Positions 24,988 through 38,830 of a DNA stretch of 64,000 nt are shown piece by piece. The DNA is from Callorhinchus milii (Eukaryota). Made by a program: the position numbers and the translations under genes. The stretch is taken from positions 63,118,001-63,182,000 of the forward strand of contig NW_024704742.1 in NCBI RefSeq assembly GCF_018977255.1, read 5' to 3'. The stretch's first letter is position 1, and each line of letters opens with the position of its first letter. The notes below the pieces were generated by a model. That model was not told where the DNA came from, did not search any database, and saw only the letters and a list, made by a program, of their open reading frames with translations.

Positions 24988-26199
24988 TCTTGTTCTACTG
25001 TCATGATATAAAAGTAATGATCAAGGATTACTTTTTAAGTTCCATTTAAAATGTTATAGACCTCATTGAGATGTTCTCCGAGTCGTCTTCTCTCACCAGA
25101 GCCTCTGCTCTGATGCAATCTGCTCTTGAAGCGGAATTTCAGACAGTCTCTGGGAATCCCACAGGAATTTCTTATCAAGGAATGCCCTCAAGATTGTTTT
25201 TTCAAGAACACGGATTATTCCTATTCTCAAATTTACCCACAAAATCAAATCATACCAACAGCAACATAGGAACAGCAGTAGGCCATTCAGCCCCTCAAGC
25301 CTGTTCCTCCATTCTATTAGCTCATGGTTGATCTGCACGTCAACTCCAATTACCAACAACAACAAAATTGCATGTATATAGTGCCTTTCGCTTTGGAGTA
25401 TATCCTAGGCAGAACTTGACAATGTGAAAAGGCACTATATCAAAGGCAATTCACGTTGTCCTCTATAGTTGAATGGTATGTCTTGGGCCCATACGATCTC
25501 ATCACTCCAGAACACCCACCTTACCGTCCCCCCCATCACTACATCAAGCTGCTTTTTAAATGAGGCCCAGGGTTCTGAGCTCTCCCACCTTTTCTGGCAA
25601 CCTGTTCCAGTTGTTCATTACAACAACAACAACTTGCATTCCTATAGCGCCCTTCACATGGAGCAGCATCACGGAGCACTTAACAGCGGTCATTTGATCA
25701 GCATACAGGAAGCCAACCAACGTTCACTGAATTTCAGTTAGCGAGAACAAGAGCAGTGAGCCATTAGCCAGTGGGGAGAAAATTAGAGAAAAAATAATAG
25801 GATCCACTATTTTTTTAAAAAAAGGAAAAAAAAGTGTGATGCTTTAGTATCAGATAGAATTTCACTTTTTGAGTTTGTTAACAAACCTTGCTTCATAAGT
25901 ACAAAATATCACAAAAAAAATCCCTGAGGGCACAACAATGAAACTTTGCGGAAACTTAATTGGAACATAATATAAATAGGCAGTCTCACAGGAGTTCTTT
26001 CTCTGGGTAAAAGTTTTCCCAGTTGTTTTAGCTAGATTCACGAAACTCCCTGTGCATGGAATATCGCTGAAATCTACCAAAAGCATGGATAGAACATCTG
26101 TTAATACAACATTACAGGGTTTATAAAAGTCATTGCCATGTACTAAATTTAGGATGAATTAGTAAGAACAGAAAAATTAATTCCTGAAAACAACATCAA

Positions 26200-27903
26200 A
26201 AATAACAACAGTAAAATTACATTTGTAAAGTGCCTTTCACGTCGGGAGGACATCCCAAGGTGCTGAGCAGTCGGGAATCAGGAGCCGAATGGGGGGGAGC
26301 AGGATTCGGTTGAGGGAGGTCAGACAGGTAGGAGGGCGGTTGAAGCCACGGTCGAAATGGAAAGTCTTGAGTCATGCCTTGAAGGAGGTAAGGGAGGAGC
26401 AATGTGAAGGGATTGTGGGATGGAGTTCCAAAGGGTGGGGGCAGAGAAGCTGAAATCCTGGCCACGGATGGAAGGGCGGATCGGGCGGGAGATATGGAGC
26501 AGGCCAGAGCCTGTTGAATGGAGGGAGCGGAACAGCTTGATAAGGGGATAGCAAGTCAAAGAGGAGGAGGGGGCAATGCCCTGGAGGGCCTTGAAAGTGA
26601 GGCCGACGATTGAATTCTATCCTCTGAGGGATGGGGAGCCAGTGGAGCTGGGCGAGGGTGGGGGTGATGGGGTCATGGAGCCTGGTGTGGGAGAGAACAT
26701 AAGCTACAGAGTTCTGGATGATCTACAGCTTGTGGAGGGAAGATTGGAGAGATCGACAAAGAGGGGGTTTCCGTAGTTGAACTTTGAGGTGACGAATGTG
26801 TGTATGAGGATTTTGGTGGCCTGAGGGGTGAGGCAGTGGCCGAGGAGTCGGGAAATGTTGTGGAGGTAGGGGAAGGCAGAGCAGGTCATGGCACAGATAT
26901 GGGTGAGACAGGACAGTTGAGGGTCGAACAAGATGCCTAGGTTCCTGTCTGGCTTGGTGAGGTGGAGTGTGCATCCATGGATGCTGATGCTGCCAGTGCC
27001 TGAGGTACGGAGGCGCTGGTGTGAGCCAATCAGGAGGACCTTGGCCTTGTTGACATTCAGCTGTAGAAAGTTGGCTCTCATCCAGGACTTGATGTCTGAC
27101 AGACAGTCTGTCAGGACATCAGTTGTCCTGGAATCGAGGGTGGAGGCAGAGAGGTAGAGTTGTGTGTCATGTGGAAGTTGACCCCATGTCTGCAGATGAT
27201 GTCACCAAGGGGGAGCATGTAGAGGTTGAAAAGGAGGGGACGGAGGACAGAGCCCTGAGGAACACAGCACAAGACTGAGAAACCATTGATCGAGACAAAT
27301 TGGAGACGGTGTGAGAGATAAGACATGAACCATTCAAGGACAGAACCTTGAAGGTTGAGGTGAGAGGAGAGGTGGTGGAGGAGGATTGCGTGGTCCACGC
27401 TATTGAAGGCAGCAGAGAGGTTGAGGAAGACAAGGAGGCAGGGGAGCCCTGGTTACAGATGGACAGGATGTCGTTTGTGACCTTGACCCAATTGAGGGGG
27501 CTCATGAAGGAAGCGGTAGGAGAGGAAGAAGTGAAGCTGGAAAACAACAACCCTTTCAAGGACCTCTTTCAAGATGCGGAGGGAGGGACGAGTAGGTGTC
27601 AGAGTGTGGGGGGGAGATGGGGAGAGAGTGGTGGTTTGGAGTGGGGAGGCAGCTGAACAGATCCCCTCGATTTTGGACTCAAGGAAATCCACATCTCCTC
27701 ACAGTTAGAGTTTGAGGAGAGAATGGGCGAGGCGTGGGAGGATGGACGTTGGTGCTGGTTGGTGGTGGAGAATAGGAGTCTGGAGTTGTCCTTCATCTCC
27801 AAGATTATCTAGCCAGATCTGCTGGTGGACCGTTAGATCAGATTTGAGCCAAGTACATTTGGTGGCCTGCACCTGACCCTTGAGGGAGCGGAGGTGGCTG
27901 GTG
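26200..27903 (-). mobile_element. L2 LINE, 5'-truncated and degenerate
   Basis: Minus-strand ORFs with VPQGSVLRPLLFNLYM and [12 protein letters not shown]; hairpin tail at about 26225-26265. Confidence 0.92.
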
Positions 27904-28063
27904 TAATAATAATAATAATCCTTGCATTTGATATAGCGCTTTTCACGTCGGGAGGATGTCCCAAAGTGCTTCACAGAACACACTGTAAAGTGAATTGACT
28001 GTATATTTGTGGGCGAACGCGGTAGCCAATTGCGCACAGCAATGTCCCACAAACAGTCGTAGA
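27904..28063 (-). mobile_element. Young SINE 3' half (subfamily with L2-identical loop)
   Basis: Nearly identical to 14330-14490. Confidence 0.9.
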
Positions 28064-28254
28064 CCAGGCTGAAATGCAAGACATGTTCATTTTCAGTGAA
28101 ATGGAAACTGTTATAATCTTGACTGACATGATCAGAGATATATGTCTTAGCTTAAATCCTGCTCCAGAAATATTATGATTGAGAGAGTTGCTCAAAGCTA
28201 CATATTGACACTAAATTATCAACATTGCTGAGTTCATCACTTGGATTATGTGGC

Positions 28255-28660
28255 AGTCGGGCTCAGCTAGTTGCACTCTCACATCTGAGTCAGAAGTTTT
28301 GGGATCAAGCCACATGTCGGGTCTTTGAACTCAGCATTATATTGTCAGAGGTGCTGTTTTTCAGATGAGATGTTAAACTGAAGTCCTATATGCCTATTCA
28401 GGTGGATGTGAAAGATCCCACAGTACTACTTCAAATAAGAAGGCAATTTCTCCCAGTGTCTTGGCAAATAAACCCTCAGATAAAATTGGTCATTCATTTC
28501 ATGGCTCTTTGTGGGACATTGCTGTGTGCAAATAGACTGCTGCATTTGCCTTGAAATACACAGTTACTACACTTTACAGTAAATAAATCCTGTGGATACA
28601 CTTTGAGATGTGCTCCTGTCATGATTGGCGATTTACCAAATGCAAGGATTATTATTATTT
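28255..28660 (+). mobile_element. Deu-domain SINE, near full length
   Basis: tctgagtcagaag head; agaggtgctgtttttcagatgagatgttaaactg; (TTA)n tail. Confidence 0.8.
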
Positions 28661-29099
28661 GATGCAGCAGATTAATTTACAAAGTAGCATGTCACCAAGC
28701 AAAATTGCAGTTAAGTGTTTGCCTGTTTAAGCTATTATATGAATGCATCCAATGATCACAGTTGTATTAAAGTAGTGAGTTCCAATATGATCACATTTGC
28801 CAGGACATGTTAAGGTCCTTTTGTGTACTTGAAATGAGATCTCACTGAAAGTGATATGAGGTCTTGAGAAAAGTCTGTCATAGATTCCATAAGCCTGAAA
28901 AGGGCAAACTCTGCCTAAAGCAGTTTTTGCACAAAGTTCATGCCCAGTTTGACAGCAAAATTCCAAAGGAGCTCACACAATTAAATTCACTGAGAGTGAA
29001 ACACAGGGGCCTCCTGGTGAATATCTTTGTACTCAGACTAGAAAGCTTAAACTTTGAAACCATTGCACTTACTGGATCTACTCCATTATATGTCTTATT

Positions 29100-29705
29100 G
29101 GTAGCTCACTGTTAGCTCACTTTCATCTCTGAGTCAGAAGATTGTAGTTTTAAGCCCCACGTCAAGATTGGCAGGTGGATCTTCTGCCATTCTGCCTCCA
29201 TCCTCTGGAACTCCATCCCGCAGTCCAGCAACCTCACCTCCTCCCTTGCCTCCTTCAAGATCCATCTCAAGACTCTCCTGTTTGACCACTCTTTCGATCA
29301 ACCTCCTTTCTGCCCTGCCCTCCACCCTCCCCAATCCCAACCCCCAGCTCAGGTCTGAAACACTAACTGTCCAGCGCCTTGAGATATCCTCCCAATGAAA
29401 TGTAATTTTATTGTTGTTGTGGATTCACATAGACAAGGCTGATAAGCCAATTCAGTGCTTAGTGAGTGCTACATTGTTGGAGGCACCATCCTGCAGATGA
29501 AGCATTAAATGAGGTAATGTCTTCATGTTCAAGTGGATTTTAAAGATCCCATGGCATTCTACACACAAAGAAGGAAGTTTCTTCGTATGACTGACCAACA
29601 ATCCTCCAGATAAAATTGTTCATTCACTTCATGGTTGTTTGTGGGAGACTATTGTGCACAAATTGGCTGTCGCTTTTGTCTACAGTCATCAGTCATTTAC
29701 AGTTA
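29100..29705 (+). mobile_element. Deu SINE split by an L2 3' fragment (29170-29420)
   Basis: SINE head at 29100-29168, then an L2 tail with (TTG)n, then the SINE body resumes. Confidence 0.7.
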
Positions 29706-30365
29706 AAAATGAGAATAACTAACTTTCCAAAAGATACATTACTCTCATCAGCCATATCAAACATGTGAACACCTTTTACAAAATAATTGTTTATTCTGCA
29801 GCACTTATTTGTTAAGAACCCATGGGGAGAAAAAGCACAGAGTGAATCTAAACCTAGGTATAATTTCTATGAACTTTGTAGAATCAATATAGGAAGTGAT
29901 TTGTAACCAAAACATGTTTCAGTGTTCCATCAGGCAAACAATAAAAGATCTGTAATGGTTCACGTTTGAAAACGTGGATTCACAGCAGCCAGAACTTTTA
30001 ATCCACATCTTTTCAGCATTCCATGATTGTTAGATATACACATGCGGGAGAAGGGAATAGAAGAGTAAGGAAGGGAGTGAGGAGTGGATGGAGATTCATG
30101 TGGAGTATAAACACTGGCATGGACTGATCGCCATATGATATATCGCTCAGCCCTGCCCTCTTGATTCCAACCCCCAGCTCGAGTGCAAGCCCTCGAATGT
30201 TCAGGACCTTGAGAGCACCAGACAGGAAAGGCACTATACAAACCCAACTTATTATTGTTATAGTCCCTGTGCTATGCTCCGTCTATGTAAAATGTAAGCG
30301 CTCCGAGATGCTACCATAAGTGAAGGGAGCTATATAAATGCAACTTGTTGTTGTTGTAAATCTAT

Positions 30366-30742
30366 GTGGAGTCCTGTAGCTCAGTGGTTAGAGTGCTCAC
30401 CTCACAAGTGAGAGACCTGGGTTCAAATCACCCGGTAGGGCAGGATGCTGGGCAAGTTTCCTTACTCCACACACCTCTGTTTACCTAGCAGTAAGTAGGA
30501 ACCCAATTGTTAGGCGATAGGTCGATCGTTTTTCTGGGGTAATAATTCCTTAAAACAATAATAATAATAAACTGATCACTTCAATCCATGACTGTTTGTG
30601 GGTCACTGCTGTGCGCAATTGGCTGCTGTGTTTCGCTCATAAAATATACAGTCAATTCACTTTACAGTATATTCTGTGAAGCACTTTGAGACATCTCAAA
30701 GACGTGATAAGGCGTTATATCAAATACAAGGATTATTATTAT
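30366..30742 (+). mobile_element. Young tRNA SINE, full length (reference copy)
   Basis: A box tagctcagtgg, B box ggttcaaatc, body, hairpin tail and (TTA)n. Confidence 0.92.
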
Positions 30743-31094
30743 ATGTAAATTCACATATTTACATTCTATATTTCAAACAACAATCCTATAACCCTGCATC
30801 TGACTGAAGTTTTCTTTGATATCCCCAGGACCTCCTCAGTTTCATACATGCAGAATAAAGGAATAACAGTTCACCAGGTACATCACAAAAGGCTGAACTG
30901 GGAGACAGTGACATCTTTTACCGTAAGCCTCTAGTTTACACCTCTTATAAAGGTTCAGTCAACTTTGACTGAAAAGCACCCCATCCCCCACTAATAGTAA
31001 CACTATTTGAATTTGATTTAGTGCTTTTCACGTCAGGAGGACTTCTAAAAGTGCTTCACATGATTTGCTGTAATGTGTAGTGATTGTATATTCA

Positions 31095-31585
31095 TTTATT
31101 TGGCCAATAGGGCGGCTGACACATGCAAAAACCCATCACCACACTTAAGAGTATCCAATCCAGACTGAAAATTTCACGCATGCTACCTACACATTGGAAA
31201 TTCCCATGTTTGAAATGTAATACTCACTCTCTCCCCAGAGGGAAGCATTATGCTTAATCTTGAGTCAAGTCTTGCGGACCTCAGAGTGTGCATTAAGACT
31301 CCGAGACAATGATCCTCACGATGGGCACATATAAAAGTTGTTCTTTGTTGTGGAACTGCTGGAGTCTAACCAGCTAAAAATGTCTAGTTTGGCATTGATA
31401 GCACTGTCCAGTAAGCTTCCTGCTGTTTGTCTAACTGGAAGCACTCTCGCCATTGAGGCTTTGGCTTTCATGATTAACAGGAGCTGAGCGGGAAGAATTT
31501 CTTCTCCTAGTGACCAGTCTGCCTCTCCAAGCCCTGTTGGCTAATCTGTCATCAGCAGTGTCCTGGAATACCTCAGACCTCTTGG
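31095..31585 (-). mobile_element. Unclassified interspersed non-coding element
   Basis: Homologous to 44080-44340(-), 49491-49860(+), 58305-58390 plus 60156-60450(+), 61480-61620(-) and 8110-8195(+). Confidence 0.7.
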
Positions 31586-34249
31586 CTCAGAAACTGTTCT
31601 ACAAAGACCACCAAAGACAATCAATTCAATTCATACATTAGTCACCATGTATTCTGTAGGGAAAATTATTAAGGAATGTGGGGAGTAAATAATAAAATAA
31701 ATTATTACATTTTACAAGCTTGATGTGAAAGTTAAGTTTGGAAAACCAAGGCTAGAAAAAATGCAGAACTTTTCGAAAGTGCTTTGACCAATATGAACCA
31801 CACATTAAAAGAAATCTGCTCCATGACTCCTTCAATCAGTTTGTTTGAAGATACAGCACTCTGATGCATGTTCAAAAACTGCATTAAAGGCAGAAGTCAT
31901 CATAAGATGCCTAGTGAATGGCAGAGTGCCAACCAGTCTCCGTTGTCAGCACTTCAGTTGGAACGCAAAACAATCTGCTGCTGGTATCAGCGGAGGCTTT
32001 ATAAAATCTGCAAGGAAAAATAAAATCAATGAAGTAGAGATTTTGGCAACCAAATTTTAGATTGTAAGCATGGAGCAGAAGTACATTGGTTTAAAATTAA
32101 AAGGTAAAACTGAAGATTCGATCAGAATTATTTTCTCCGGCCCCCAGCCCAGATATATCTATTCATAGATTAGAGGGTAAATAGACCAGCAAGAGCTATT
32201 GAGGTTGCATCGATTAATTCCTCCAAATAAATGAATAAAAATCTGGTTACCAATGGAATTGCAGATGAATAAATATTTTGTTAGCAATGGAATTGTAGAT
32301 GTCTAGAAAGATGTGAAAAGCGCTATATCAAATGCAAGGATTATTATTATTATTGTAGGAATAGACTGAAGTAAATACTTCCCAGGACACGATAGTTTGT
32401 GTTGCTGGAGCCATAGTCAGTAAGGTGGATTGTTGACTGCAGGGCTGAATAGCGTGTGCATGAATTATCCCACAGGCTTGTAGACTGGTAGAGTATGCTG
32501 TGATTGACTAACTATCTATTACCCATTCCACAATTTCCTTTTTCTTACAAAGGTAACAGCTCAAATAACACCTAAGGAACCTTGGGCATGAATTAGGTGC
32601 CATGTTTGCCTACAATTACAGTCACTACACTTGGTAGCCATTACATGTAAGCACTTTTGAGCTGTTTTGACGATCCACGGCACCGCAGTCGTAGGGATGA
32701 TTATTAGTGTTTGGCAGGAGGTGAAACTGGAAACCATTTTCCTGACCTAATCCTGAAAGTGCCACTTGCTCCAGATGAAACAAGTCTAAAAGAGATTGAT
32801 GGTTAAACCTTNAAAAGCATCGCTACCCCCACCTCCCACAGAGAAAGTTATTCCCCTCAGTACAAAACTTCAAAATAATAAAAATTTATATTTATAAAAC
32901 TCATTTTACATCAGGAGGACACTCCAAGGCACTCGTCAGTGCAGGGTTTGCACCCGAGCTGGGGCAGGGGCTCTACGTTTCTGTTTTTTAAATTCATATA
33001 TTTTTTTCTGTGCGCACTGTGCAGTTTGGAACTAACTTGCTTCCTTGTCTTTTTTTAAAAAAAGCTTTTCCTTTTGATCCCTCATGTAAATAAAATGGAA
33101 TCTGTCTTTATGAAACCTAATTAAAAAACATTCCTTTTCTGCTGGCACTTCTGGTGATTTTCCGCACATCCCTTCCCTTCACCAGCTGTCATCCTCTTAT
33201 TATTGCATGGGAATAATATACTTCGAACAATCTCTCTAGAATAGTTAATGCTGGCTGTTTGGATGCCAGGAAAATGGCCTTTATGAAACTTTTTCCTAAC
33301 TAACTGATCATAGCGATTATCTTGTTGAAGATCCGTCTCAAGACCTGCCTCTTTGACTATCCTTTCAGTCATGTTTGCCCTCTCTACATCCTCTGCTCCC
33401 ACCCCCAGTCAGGGTGCATTCCAAGCCAGAACTGTTAAGCGCTTTGTGACCTCCTCCCAACGTGAAATAATAATCCTTGCATTTGATATAGTGCCGTATC
33501 ACACCTTCAAGTCGTCTCAAAGCCCTTCACAGAATATACTGTGAAGTGAATTGACTGTATATTTTGTGGGAAAAAGGCATAGGTTCCCTTTCATGCTTTC
33601 ACCCTTTCCCTTTCACCCTTCATGAAGGAAGAAAGGCACTATATCAATGCAAGATTGTATTGTATTATCCTAGGAAATCATTTGGCCCATTGAATATATG
33701 CTGATTCTAGCTCCTCCATTGGAGCTATATACTCTGATCCCAATTTCTGTACACTTTACCTTTACCCTTTGATATTGTTTCTTTACAGATACTTATCAAT
33801 TTCCCCTTTTAAATACTGATATTATAAGTGGAATTCCTCCTCTAAGGTTCCACTGCACATAGCCCTGTCAGTTATTGTGGGTCGTATTAGTGAAACTACC
33901 AACTACGCATATCAATTGAGGATGAGTATTTGGGTAATTTCGAGCTTCAGATTTGGATTTAGCCTTGGAGAATTTAATAATCCTCGCCTTTTATGTAGCA
34001 ACTTTCAGTTGGGAGGATGTATCAAGGTGCTTCACATGATTTACTATAAAGTGAAATGTTCGTGTATTTGTGCGCGTGCAACTTTAGTTCTAGTGAAACC
34101 TGTTTGTATTTAAGTCTGCAGCACTAAAAATGTGAGCAGTATTTCACCAGAGATTCAGATGTACACAACATAAATCTAAATATTCATACGAACAATCCAA
34201 TGATTTTTCCGGTTTATTCTGGTATCGGATTTATGGTGGCTCTTTCTCA

Positions 34250-34870
34250 GATCAGATCAAATCAAGTCACTAAAACTTGACAGATTCCTCTGAAGATTGT
34301 TGTTCCTCTAGTCATTAGGATAAAAACAGATATAATTGATCCACTGTGGAATAAAAAGGTGGTGACTGTCTAAATTGACTGTAGTATAAATCAGATGCCA
34401 GCTGTTTCGGCCATGTATTATATATTCTAAAGGACATTTTTCAGGTCAGCCTATAACTAAATAAACTAAATAAACAATGTGCTGATTAATTGCATTCATA
34501 ATTTAAAAGTAACTTGAGGTCACATTTAAATTATTTAATCTTTCAGAAATTAATCTTCATTATTCTATCAGAAGACAGTTTCTTGCTGCAAATATGATTA
34601 ACAGCTATGGTGATGGAAAGCAACACATCCGTGGATCATTGGGAAGCAAATAACAAAGTCAGCTTTTCTGTATTACCTAAAAATATTGCATAAACATGGA
34701 AAAAGCTTTGCATCATATCTCCCAGATTCTGCCAACAATGACAGTAGCAAACTACTCTGATGAGCTTTGTTCACATAACAGTACACAGGATTAATTTGCA
34801 TTAATTTGATCTGAAAAAGTAATTGTCTTTTTCTGAACTTCTACTGCTTGTCAGAATTAAAAGGTGCTTA
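34250..34870. promoter_or_regulatory. Candidate conserved non-coding element
   Basis: Repeat-free; tandem TAAATAAAC forkhead-like sites, many TAAT motifs, octamer ATTTGCAT at 34794-34801. Confidence 0.35.
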
Positions 34871-35704
34871 AGTTTGCTTCAGCTGAAATATCATTCACTA
34901 CTGTTTCTCTGTTTTACTTTTACTTGTTAGATAGTGTTGATTTCAGTCCCTTTTCCTGTGCTTGAACCTTGTGCATGGTTGGAACTACTGTGGGAAGCAC
35001 AGAGTGATTGCATTAGATAGGACCACAACAGAAATTTACATTTATATAGTTCTTTTCATGTCAGGAATATGTCTTAAAGCATCTTACACAGCTGACTGGC
35101 AGCCCAAGGCATGGACACCTAAGGCAGGAAAGTGGTTGAAAGCACAATCAAAAAGATAGGTCTTAACATGTAGAGGAAGGGGCAAAGCAGTGGGTCTCTT
35201 GCATGGAGTTCCAATGAGTGAAAGCTCACCCAATGATGGCAGAGCAGATTAATTGGGAACATGCAGCAAGCTGGAGTTTGTTGAGCAATGTTTCGCCCAC
35301 AAACTATACAGTCAATTTACTTTACAGTAAATTCTGTGAACCACTTTGAGACGTCTCGAAGACGTGATAAAGCTCTATATCAATTGCAAGGATTATTATT
35401 ATTAAGTAGTGACCAGAGCAGTCGGGATACATGATGTAGCACAGATAGGGTGAAGTGAAGTTCTGGAGGGATTTGAAGCTGAAGATAAGGATCTTGAATT
35501 TGAACCATTGTGGGATGAGGAAAGCCATTAAGTCTGGTTAGGCCCACAGGACAGATAAACTCTGGAAGAAAGAAAAACAGATGGATAGACATATGCACAG
35601 ATAAATACATGGATGGACTGACAGATTACAACCCAATGAAAGATAGAAACCAAAAGAGCAGGAGTCTGGAGAAACAAGCTCTGGAAGAATGAGAACAATA
35701 TCAT

Positions 35705-36132
35705 GTATCAGCCTAGCTCTTACCTCTGAGTCAGAAGGTGGTGGGTTCAAGCCCCACAACAGGACTTGGAATCAAATATTAGCTGACTTGCAGTGCTGGG
35801 GGGTGTTGCATTGTTGTAGGTACTGTCCTTTGGATGAGATGTTAAAATAACAAGGTCGTACCTACCGGTGCAAGTGGATGTTACAGATCCAATGGCACTT
35901 TTCAAAAAGAGAAGGGAGTTTCTCCCGGTCTCCTGGCCATCAATCTGAAAATAAATTTGGTCACTCACTCCAAGGCCAATGTGGGACATTACTGTGTGCA
36001 ACGGGCTTCTGTGTTTTGCCCACAAAATACACAGTCAATCCACTTTACAGTATATCCTGCAAAGCACTTTGAGATGTTGCAACGATGTGATAAGGTGCTA
36101 TATCAAATGCAAAGAATAGTATTACTATTATT
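35705..36132 (+). mobile_element. Deu-domain SINE, full length
   Basis: ctctgagtcagaaggtggtgggttcaagcccc head; Deu core cctttggatgagatgttaaa...gatccaatggcacttttc...ccggtctcctggcca; tail. Confidence 0.85.
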
Positions 36133-37274
36133 AATGCTGTTTTGGAATGGGGGATGTTACGAGTTCAGCCACAAAGGCAGGTGATGTTGAATGAACATCT
36201 TACTTGTAAATAAATTATTTTCTCCCTCATTTACCATAAGCTGACAGCTGTGTTCTTTCTATACTATCTGAATTTGACATGTCGGTGAAGCTGACCTGCA
36301 TCCACAGTTACATTCCAATTGATCTCCATGCTGAGTTGTTTAGCTTTGAAAACCTGGCGAATTTGGGCAAAGCTGAGATGGACAGTCTATGACACATACA
36401 TGGATATTCCTTACAACTGATGTTTACTCTGTTTCAAACGAGTACTGATGATGCTAGTTCTACAGATAGGATAGGGAAGCAACTTGATGCTTTCAAATGA
36501 ATGACTCTTCAGTGGGTATTGCTAATTCATTCTAAGGTTATGTGTTAGTATTGAATTTTCTTCCCTAAACAGAGAAGTATAATGAACACATGTTGGGAGT
36601 TAACATTGGGAAATTACCATTCACAAGGAAGGAAAAACAGATTTGCTCAGATTTACGACTTGCACCTTCAATTAATTGTTTGACTCAAGGCATTTCCCCT
36701 TGTGTATAGTCTACCTCATACCTCATGCAAGACTCTGCTAATAGCAGTAATAGCAAAAATAAAACACCTCTTGCATTTGGCCAAATATCTCCCTGAATAA
36801 ATGGATGAATCTGCCACCCTTCCCGAATACTACATCTGTCACCTGCTGAATGCACGGAGAATTGGTGCTGTGCCTAGTTGCTGCAAACATTACCCCTTGT
36901 GGTTCGAATGGCCCTGTAGAGAGAAAATATATTACTGATGTTAATTTCACCGCCACAGGCTGAGTCACTGAAGATACCCCTACCAAATCATTTGCTGTTA
37001 ATTGGTACAAAGCAATTATGACCTTCCTGCCGTTACTGAATCTTGCAAGGCACAGCTTCTTTGGCACTGTGCATAATCTAGTTAATGTCTGTAAATCTCT
37101 TGTCAGAGATAAGAATGGGTTCTCATCCTCCTTCCCTCTTTCTTCCCTTCCAATTTGCCAGTTCCCACCATGAAACATGTATAGTATTGATTGATAAATA
37201 ATGCAAGGCCCATTTAGTCTGCATTTACTACAGTGAGAGCAAAACACAGGTCCATCTCTGAATTGGTTCATTGA

Positions 37275-37562
37275 TGTTGATAACTTTTTAAGGCTCAGTC
37301 TGCCTGTTCAGGTAATTGTTAAAAATCCCATGCAACTATTCGAAAAGAGAGGCAGTTTCTCCCGGAATCCTGGCCAACAGTCACCTGCATCAAATTGGTC
37401 ATTCATTTCATGGCTGTTTGTGGGACATTGCTGTGCCCAGATTGGTTGCTGTGTTCACCTACAGGATACAGTCACTATACTTTATAGTATAACTTGTAAA
37501 GCACTTTGAGACCTCCTCCCAATATGAAAGGTGTTATATCAAATGTAAGTATTACTTTTATT
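37275..37562 (+). mobile_element. Deu SINE 3' part
   Basis: tgcctgttcaggt..aaatcccatg.. followed by the family tail. Confidence 0.7.
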
Positions 37563-38830
37563 TTAGTTTCCGTACAAAAACACTTCAAACAAAAGTTGGG
37601 ATGGACCCAAAATTAACCTTCTTTCATTCAACTGCCTTATAATGCCTTGGATAATAATCCAGATAATCCTTGCATTTGATATAGCTCCTTTCACATTGGG
37701 AGAACATCTCAAAACATGTCTGATGATTTACTGTAAAATGGCGTGACTGTATTTTTTATGTGAACGCAACAGCAAATTTGTGCACAGAAAATAAACATGA
37801 AGGATTCTCAGCTTAGGTGGTTTATTCATACAGTCAATCTCATTAACACAATGCCATTTTGTGTCTTCCTGTAAACACAATGCAAAATATAATATATCGG
37901 TGCAGCAACTTGCAGTATTCCTTAAGGGTTACTTAATAAGGAATCCACATTTCTGCTGAAATTATGTTTATTTTAGTATTTCCAACACACAGGATTTTCA
38001 CTCCAGAAATAAACGTTTCGGCAGAGATCCAGCTAGTTGTCATGGCGTATTTCCGATTACCAGAAGAATTCTCAATTTGCACAATTCAGATTCTTTGTTA
38101 AACAATGCCATTATAAAATGTCGCAAATTAGACGCCACCTCTTAGACTCCACAAACCCCCAGAACATGTTATTTTCCATTTTGCACTAATTGTTTAGTTC
38201 TAACATATTTATAAGTGCTTCCATTTGTGATGCAGATCTCATATTTACATGTATCCCAATTACTCAATGCATTTTATTTGGGAGTTGAGCAAAGAATGTT
38301 TGTGAAAGGAGGTTTGGATTCCTACATTGTCGGTTTGTAATGCTGTAGGTGTCTCATAGTGAACGATAAATTCAGCTTTGGTGGTTATTCTGTTGGCTGT
38401 TGACTGAGCTGGGACAAGACTCTTTCTATTCAACTTCACAGGATCTGGTTGAACCCACTATGAAAGGAGAACATGTGTGATTGTTGGCAATTAAAACGTA
38501 CCATTTGATGTTTTACGCTCACGACTAAGGGAGAGGTATTCAAGGCCAAATTCTGATCTTCTCTTATATAATTAGCTATCAATTTCTTTCCAGATAAAAA
38601 TATAGCTGAGCTTTGTATTTTAATAGAAGCACTTAACCCACTTGCCACTAATTTTATTACTCTACCAAAATAATCATTTTCTCCCCTTACATCTTTCAAT
38701 ACGAACACACTCAGCAAATCTTTATTAATAAGATGAAGGTTAAAAAATACGACACAGATAGAGCAAATGTATGATCTACAATGGAGAATGACATTCATGC
38801 ACCACAACATTATTTTGGGAAACAGTAGCC

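Noticed and set aside
32812..32812. Single N base
   Set aside because: Assembly ambiguity; not biological.
34755..34780. CTGATGAG hammerhead-like motif
   Set aside because: No stem II followed by GAAA.
36738..37271. 177-aa minus-strand ORF in unique DNA
   Set aside because: No recognisable domain and a composition typical of non-coding sequence; plausible by chance in 64 kb across six frames.
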